Origin: an uncultured Nitrospiraceae bacterium
GTDB lineage: Bacteria; Nitrospirota; Nitrospiria; Nitrospirales; Nitrospiraceae
Direction: 5' to 3'
Length of the DNA stretch: 64,000 nucleotides
Assembly (NCBI GenBank): GCA_963706325.1
Contig: CAVPLT010000004.1
Span: 992,001 to 1,056,000, forward strand
Shown: positions 58,545-64,000 of the stretch, in pieces
How the letters are laid out: each line of letters opens with the position of its first letter
Position numbering within the stretch: the first letter of the stretch is position 1
Position numbers and translations under genes: made by a program
Notes under the pieces: model-generated
What the model saw: only the letters and a program-made list of their open reading frames with translations
Databases searched by the model: none
What the model was told of the DNA's origin: nothing

Positions 58545-59247
58545 CACTTCTTATTCCGCGCGCCGACTTGTCCGATGCGGATCCTGCATCTTGTTGCTCT
58601 GTGTGCTCGCTGCCTGCTCCGCATCGCCGAGCACAAAACAGCAAAAAGTGGAAATGGCAAAACTTCCTCCCCCGAAAACAACGGGATCGCTTTGGCAGGA
58701 GGAAAATGGGCGCGCCTATCTGTATGAAGATCTTCGTGCGATGCGCATCGGAGACATCATCACCATCTCGATCGTAGAAAAGCATAAGGGATCGAAGAGC
58801 GCCGACACGAGCGCTGAGAGAGATTCCACCGTATCCAACAGTCTGGGCGGCAGCAGCGTCGGCTACCTCGGTATTCCCGGAGTCCGACTGGGCGGTGAAG
58901 CCAGGCGCGGCTTCGGGATCGATGCGAGCGCCAAGAACAAGTTCGGCGGAAAAGGAGCCACGAACCGCGAGGACACACTGACCGGCACCATTTCAGCCAT
59001 CGTGACGGAAGTGCTGCCGAACGGTGATTTGCGGATCGAGGGACGCCGGGAAGTCACGGTCAATTCCGAGCGCCAAATCATGACCATCGGGGGTATTGTC
59101 CGCCGCGTCGATGTCAATACGAAGAACACCGTGCAGTCAAGTGCCATCGCCGATGCCAAAATCGAATACTCGGGACTCGGTGTCGTGGATGACGTGCAGC
59201 GCCCGGGTTGGTTCGTCCGAGTTTTAGATTGGATTTATCCATTCTGA
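58531..59247 (+). CDS. flgH: Flagellar L-ring lipoprotein FlgH
   Basis: LAAC lipobox, GSLW, D.RA..IGD.ITI, VLPNG.L.IEG, S..IADA.I.Y.G.G. Confidence 0.95.
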   Translation: MSRFNTSYSARRLVRCGSCILLLCVLAACSASPSTKQQKVEMAKLPPPKTTGSLWQEENGRAYLYEDLRAMRIGDIITISIVEKHKGSKSADTSAERDSTVSNSLGGSSVGYLGIPGVRLGGEARRGFGIDASAKNKFGGKGATNREDTLTGTISAIVTEVLPNGDLRIEGRREVTVNSERQIMTIGGIVRRVDVNTKNTVQSSAIADAKIEYSGLGVVDDVQRPGWFVRVLDWIYPF

Positions 59248-59288
59248 TCATAGAGCCAACCGGCAGAAGACGCGAGACAGGAGTTGTG

Positions 59289-60599
59289 ATGACGATGCCG
59301 CGCAAACTACAACGGACGATGATCATGCAGTCGTTTCGTCTCATGCTTTCAAGCGGTGTGCTGCGTCCTGCCTGCACGGATCCCACTCTCCTGCCACGTT
59401 CCTGGTCACCTCCAGCACCCAAGCCGATTCGTGAGGCGGTTGGGCAGCCGCAAGGACATCCTTGGTTTCGTCGGACGGTGGTGGGGATGCTGGCATTCCT
59501 GACGATGTCCGTATTTATGACTTCGATGGCCCAAGCGGTACGTGTCAAAGACGTCGCGACCATTGAAGGTGTGCGGGAAAACCAATTGATCGGATATGGG
59601 CTGGTGGTGGGTCTTGATCGCACGGGAGACCAAGTCATCGGCGGCCAGTTCACCATTCAAGCCATGATGTCCATGTTGAATAAAATGGGCATCAACCTGG
59701 TCATCGATCCCATTCAGTTGCTGACTCGCAATATTGCATCCGTAATGGTGACGGCCAAACTTCCTCCGTTCGTCAAGCCGGGCATGACGCTCGACGCCGT
59801 GGTTTCGTCGATGGCCAATGCCAAGAGTCTGCAGGGCGGTACATTATTGTCGACGCCCCTGAAAGCTCCCAATCAACAGGTCTTTGCCGTGGCGCAGGGT
59901 CCTGTCTCGATCGGCGGCTTTCTGGGAGGAACCGGCGGGGCGGGCGGCGCGACGGTCGCGAAAAATCATCAGGCGGCCGGGGTGGTTCCCGCGGGCGCGA
60001 TCGTAGAAAAAGAATTGGTCGTGGATATCGAGACGTGGGATACCGTCTCCGTTCTTCTCCGACACCCTGATTTCACCACCGCCATTCGAACGGCGGAAGC
60101 GATCGACGGCACATTTGGTAAAGGAACCGCTGTGCCCGTCAATGCGGGACTCGTCAAAACGACGCTTCCATCCATTTTTCATGGGCGAGTGGTGGAATAC
60201 ATCGCGACAATGGAAGGATTGGACGTCACGGTCGATGTCGCAGCCAAAGTGGTGGTGAATGAGCGCACGGGCACGGTCGTGCTGGGGGAACATGTGCGCC
60301 TGTCGACCTGTGCCATCTCACACGGCAACCTGACGATCTCCGTTAAGAACACTCTCAATGTTTCGCAACCTCCCGCACCTCTGATCGGATCGACGCAGGG
60401 TCAAACCACTGTGACGCCCGATGTGCAGACCGAAGTGATAGAGCAGGAATCACGTTTGATCGTCGTGGACCAGACCGTCACACTGGGAGAAGTGGTGCGG
60501 GCATTGAATGCGGTGGGAGTGACACCACGTGATCTGGTGGCCATTCTTTCTGCGCTTCGATCGGCGGGAGCGCTTCAAGCTAATCTTGAGATTGTGTAA
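59289..60599 (+). CDS. flgI: Flagellar P-ring protein FlgI
   Basis: RVKD....GVRENQLIGYGLVVGL, A.SLQGG.L, VVNERTGTVV, L..AGAL.A.L; start uncertain. Confidence 0.96.
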   Translation: MTMPRKLQRTMIMQSFRLMLSSGVLRPACTDPTLLPRSWSPPAPKPIREAVGQPQGHPWFRRTVVGMLAFLTMSVFMTSMAQAVRVKDVATIEGVRENQLIGYGLVVGLDRTGDQVIGGQFTIQAMMSMLNKMGINLVIDPIQLLTRNIASVMVTAKLPPFVKPGMTLDAVVSSMANAKSLQGGTLLSTPLKAPNQQVFAVAQGPVSIGGFLGGTGGAGGATVAKNHQAAGVVPAGAIVEKELVVDIETWDTVSVLLRHPDFTTAIRTAEAIDGTFGKGTAVPVNAGLVKTTLPSIFHGRVVEYIATMEGLDVTVDVAAKVVVNERTGTVVLGEHVRLSTCAISHGNLTISVKNTLNVSQPPAPLIGSTQGQTTVTPDVQTEVIEQESRLIVVDQTVTLGEVVRALNAVGVTPRDLVAILSALRSAGALQANLEIV

Positions 60600-60618
60600 G
60601 GAAAGGTTAGAGTTCTTT

Positions 60619-60948
60619 ATGGAAATCAAAAATCTGCTCGCCGGCCAAATCGACTTGGCACAGATGAACGCCTCTCAACCACTTGGCCTGCAAAAGGCGG
60701 TAGAGGGCAGTCAGGCAGGGGAGAGGACTCGCGCCGAGATGCATAAGGCTGGACAGGAGTTTGAGGCCTATTTTGTCTCGTATTTGATTAAAAACATGCG
60801 TGAAACCATTCCAAAAGGCCTGTTCGACCGGAAAAATGAGCAAGTCTGGTACTCATTCTATGATCAAGAAATCGCGAAGTTAGCGACACAAGCGGGGGGA
60901 ATCGGCATCACGGCGTTTGTGGATGCCTATGCAGAAAAGAATCGTTAG
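60619..60948 (+). CDS. flgJ: FlgJ rod-binding domain only
   Basis: A.QEFEA.F....IK.MR.T.P, D..IA, GGIG; no muramidase domain. Confidence 0.88.
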   Translation: MEIKNLLAGQIDLAQMNASQPLGLQKAVEGSQAGERTRAEMHKAGQEFEAYFVSYLIKNMRETIPKGLFDRKNEQVWYSFYDQEIAKLATQAGGIGITAFVDAYAEKNR

Positions 60949-60961
60949 TTTCGCTCTCTCC

Positions 60962-60988
60962 TAAAGTTCTTGGGGATTCCACCGATAG
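60962..60988 (+). promoter_or_regulatory. Sigma28 promoter of flgM
   Basis: TAAA-N15-ACCGATAG. Confidence 0.7.
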
Positions 60989-61050
60989 AGTACTCGACTA
61001 GGGGAAAGGCCCCTTACGGGTTGCCCAGGAATTGGAGAGGAGAAGCAGCC

Positions 61051-61356
61051 ATGGAGATCTCACAGAACGGCCGATCCGCAGATCTCGCGAAAATCCTGCT
61101 GGGTGTGCATGAAACTGAACGGACCCACAGCAAGAAGACGGCATCCCAAAATGCCGGGCACCAGGATCGTGTGCAGATTTCAGACCAGGCCAAGGAGCTG
61201 CAACGCCTGAGGGCGTCGGCGGAACAACCGAATGCAGAACGTGATGCGAAGGTTGATCATATTCGCCAAGCGCTCGAGGGCGGAACCTACAGAATAAATG
61301 GCCGACAGGTTGCGGATGCTATGATCCGAAGTGTCCTCACAGATTCAGTTTTATGA
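61051..61356 (+). CDS. flgM: Anti-sigma28 factor FlgM
   Basis: DRVQIS..A, R..KV..IRQA...G.Y.I....VADAM. Confidence 0.92.
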   Translation: MEISQNGRSADLAKILLGVHETERTHSKKTASQNAGHQDRVQISDQAKELQRLRASAEQPNAERDAKVDHIRQALEGGTYRINGRQVADAMIRSVLTDSVL

Positions 61357-61428
61357 CGTCTCCTGTAGGGTTTTGATTCATCGCTCCTGCCACGCGAGGA
61401 GTTTGTAACCATCCTGCCGGTGAGGGAC

Positions 61429-61884
61429 ATGGCGCCGACCGTCCAGCAGTCACTGCCAACCGAAGCAGAGCCGAACACACTCCGTCGCATGCTCGACAAG
61501 ATCGGGGCGTTTCAGGCGTTGCTCATTGAGGAACAACAAGCCATTCGGTCCCTTTCATTCGGACAATTCACGACTGTGACCATGCAGAAATCTAATCTTT
61601 TGGATGAGATTCGAGGGCTGGAGCAAGAGCGTCGTGCGTTATTGGCCATTCCACGAACACAGGAGTTGTCTCCCGCCTCGAAACAGCAAGAAGCTGATTT
61701 GGTTGCCGCCATCGGACGGACCGATCGGTTGAATCGGCTCAATGGGGCACTGATCGGGCAATCACTTGAATTCTTGGAAGGTACCCTGCGACTTTGGCAA
61801 CGCTCGCCGGCGTCAGCCGCGCTCTATTCGTCCTCAGGTGCCCATGTTCCAGATGCGACCCACAGGGTAAGAACCACAGGATAG
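61429..61884 (+). CDS. flgN: Flagellar chaperone FlgN
   Basis: LL.EE..A, K..LL, N..NG.LI..SL, Y...G; between flgM and flgK. Confidence 0.85.
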   Translation: MAPTVQQSLPTEAEPNTLRRMLDKIGAFQALLIEEQQAIRSLSFGQFTTVTMQKSNLLDEIRGLEQERRALLAIPRTQELSPASKQQEADLVAAIGRTDRLNRLNGALIGQSLEFLEGTLRLWQRSPASAALYSSSGAHVPDATHRVRTTG

Positions 61885-61894
61885 CGGAGTTCGT

Positions 61895-63289
61895 ATGTCT
61901 GGACTCAACGGCTTGTTCGGAATTGGTTCCAATGCGTTAGCCTCGTTCCAACGCGCCTTATCCGTGACCGGACAAAATATTGCCAACGTCAACACGCCAG
62001 GTTACTCTCGGCAAGAAATAATTCTCAATCAAACTTTGCCGGAAAACGGGCGGCCAGGGCAGATCGGAACCGGCGTTGAGGCATCAGAGGTTAGGCGCTC
62101 CGTCGATACCTTCGTTGAACAACAATTGTTGAACTCAAACGAACGGCTCGGCCAGTTCAACGCGTCACAGAGGGCCTTGACCCAAATCCAGCCGCTGTTT
62201 TCAGACTCCAACGACCAAGGTGTGGCTGCAGGCCTGAACGAGTTCTTCAAGGCGTGGCAGGATGTCGCGACCAATCCGGCCGATCTCACCAGTCGGACAG
62301 TATTGCTTTCCAAAGCCGATGTGGTAGCCAAACGACTCAATCAGGCTTCCGCTCAGCTTTCCGCACAACGCAATGCCCTGGACGGTCAAATTCAGCAGGG
62401 CATCACCGACGTCAATGCTCTGGCCACCCAGATTGCCGGTCTTAACGGACAGATTAAGCTCGCCGAGGTCAGCGGTCAGCATGCCAATGATCTCCGCGAT
62501 CAGCGTGGTCAGCTGCTGAATAACCTGGCCGGATTGGTTGATATTACCTCGCTTGAGGATTCCACAGGACAAGTGACGGTCTCCGTCGGAATCGGTCAGG
62601 TGTTGGTGGCTGAGCAAACAGCTTTCAGCCTCACAGGCGTTTCCAACACGAGTAACAGCGGTCTTCTGGATGTCCGATACGATAGTGGAAGTGGCCCCAA
62701 TACTGATCTTACCGCGGTGATCAGCGGCGGACGGCTCAAAGGTTGGATCGACGCGCGCGACACAACGGCGGTTGGCCTACAGACGTCCCTCGATACCCTC
62801 GCAGCCCAAATTGTCTCGCAGGTAAACACACAGCATCGGTTAGGGTATGGGTTGGATGGCTCGACGACTCAGGATTTCTTTGCCGCGACCGGAACCACGG
62901 CCGCCACGATCAGTGTCGCATTGGCCGACCGAAGACAGATTGCCGCATCGTCGACTGCGGCCGGCGTTCCGGGGAACAATGTCAATGCGCTGGCGCTCGC
63001 CACATTGCAGACAACAGCCTTATCGGGGCTCGGCGATGCGACCTTTCAAGATTATTACAGCGCCATGGCCGGAAGCTTTGGCTCCACGCTGAAGAACGCT
63101 CAAGACGACCTGCAAGGACAAGAGCTCCTCCATGGTCAGTTACAGGCCCATCGAGCGGAAGTATCAGGAGTATCGATGGATGAGGAGTTGATCAACCTCC
63201 TGAAGTACCAGCGTGCGTTTCAGGCGGCCTCCAAACTCATTACGACAAGCGATGAGATGTTGCAAACAATTCTGTCTCTTAAACGATAG
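61895..63289 (+). CDS. flgK: Hook-associated protein FlgK
   Basis: NIANVNTPGYSRQ, G.GV, NDLRDQR, SGVS.DEE...L..YQ.A..A. Confidence 0.97.
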   Translation: MSGLNGLFGIGSNALASFQRALSVTGQNIANVNTPGYSRQEIILNQTLPENGRPGQIGTGVEASEVRRSVDTFVEQQLLNSNERLGQFNASQRALTQIQPLFSDSNDQGVAAGLNEFFKAWQDVATNPADLTSRTVLLSKADVVAKRLNQASAQLSAQRNALDGQIQQGITDVNALATQIAGLNGQIKLAEVSGQHANDLRDQRGQLLNNLAGLVDITSLEDSTGQVTVSVGIGQVLVAEQTAFSLTGVSNTSNSGLLDVRYDSGSGPNTDLTAVISGGRLKGWIDARDTTAVGLQTSLDTLAAQIVSQVNTQHRLGYGLDGSTTQDFFAATGTTAATISVALADRRQIAASSTAAGVPGNNVNALALATLQTTALSGLGDATFQDYYSAMAGSFGSTLKNAQDDLQGQELLHGQLQAHRAEVSGVSMDEELINLLKYQRAFQAASKLITTSDEMLQTILSLKR

Positions 63290-63318
63290 GCATACGTGAC
63301 TCGCAGGGAGTGGAAACA

Positions 63319-64000
63319 ATGAGAGTGGCCGACCAACAAATTTATGGAACTTTGCTTGGCAACCTCCAGCGCTCCCGTTCTCAAATCTTGACCGCGCAGG
63401 AGCAGATCTCCAGCCAGAAAAAAGTGGAAAATCCATCCGACGATCCGAGTGCCTTTGGACAGATTGTGCTTGGGAAATCGGCACTTGCCCAAAACACGCA
63501 GTGGACGCGCAATATAGCTTTCGGGACGGCCAGAGTGGATGCGGCAGATCAGGCCCTCGGACAATCTCAGAACCTGATCACGCGCGTCCGGGAGTTGACG
63601 ATCCAGGCGGCCAGCGACACCACCTCGGCCGAAGGCCGCAACACGATCGCCAAGGAAGTGCGCCAGATCCAGCGTCAGCTGGTACAACTGGGAAACACGG
63701 AAGTGGCAGGGCAGGCGATATTCGCCGGAACCAAGACCGATGTCACGCCCTTCGCCATCACCTCCGGCGATACGGTTGCCTATCAAGGTAATAGCGAAAC
63801 CCAATCCATCGCCGTCAGCGAAAATCAGACGGTGCAGATTCTCATTCCTGGAAGCAGCATCTTTACCGGATCGAGCACCAATATATTTACTTCTTTGGGC
63901 GATTTGTTAACCGCGCTTGAAGGGAATGATCGGAACGGCATTGAGAACGGTCTCGGCAATCTCGACTTGGCCACCGCTCAGATCAGTGATGCGCAAGGGA
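63319..64000 (+). CDS. flgL: Hook-associated protein FlgL (partial, runs off the window)
   Basis: MRVADQQIY...QEQISSQKKVENPSDDP...IFAGTKTD..PF...YQGN; follows flgK. Confidence 0.93.
   Translation, partial: MRVADQQIYGTLLGNLQRSRSQILTAQEQISSQKKVENPSDDPSAFGQIVLGKSALAQNTQWTRNIAFGTARVDAADQALGQSQNLITRVRELTIQAASDTTSAEGRNTIAKEVRQIQRQLVQLGNTEVAGQAIFAGTKTDVTPFAITSGDTVAYQGNSETQSIAVSENQTVQILIPGSSIFTGSSTNIFTSLGDLLTALEGNDRNGIENGLGNLDLATAQISDAQG

Noticed and set aside
1..64000. CRISPR array, retron/DGR reverse transcriptase, intact IS transposase, rRNA
   Set aside because: No regularly spaced repeats, and no RT, DDE or rRNA signatures were found by eye.
26792..64000. Many overlapping 60-250-aa alternative-frame ORFs in the flagellar cluster
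   Set aside because: Expected shadow ORFs of GC-rich coding sequence that overlap confidently identified genes.

Overview
Bacterial chromosomal segment, most likely from a Nitrospira-like organism (inferred from a ~130-bp palindromic intergenic repeat and small-protein families I associate with that genus; not proven here). It has three parts. (1) 1-10.4 kb: a pqqABCDE operon with an extended PqqA, followed by a translationally coupled small permease and a secreted PQQ-dependent sugar/sorbosone dehydrogenase, then an atypical SDR, a DsbA-NhaA fusion and a His-rich four-module periplasmic protein. (2) ~11.5-26.5 kb: decayed genomic islands stacked in tandem at the 3' end of tRNA-Thr(TGT), with two att copies, integrase/excisionase/nuclease pseudogenes, a GT-C/GT2/methyltransferase cassette, NUDIX, PilZ and many small ORFs. 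(3) 26.8-64 kb: a large flagellar cluster from a FleQ-like regulator to partial flgL. Its notable features are a receiver-domain/FliH fusion, a degenerate GGDEF protein, a flgA frameshift at a G7 run, and sigma54/sigma28 promoters carrying two distinct upstream activator motifs. No CRISPR array, rRNA or reverse transcriptase was seen. All calls come from reading motifs by eye; no searches were run.
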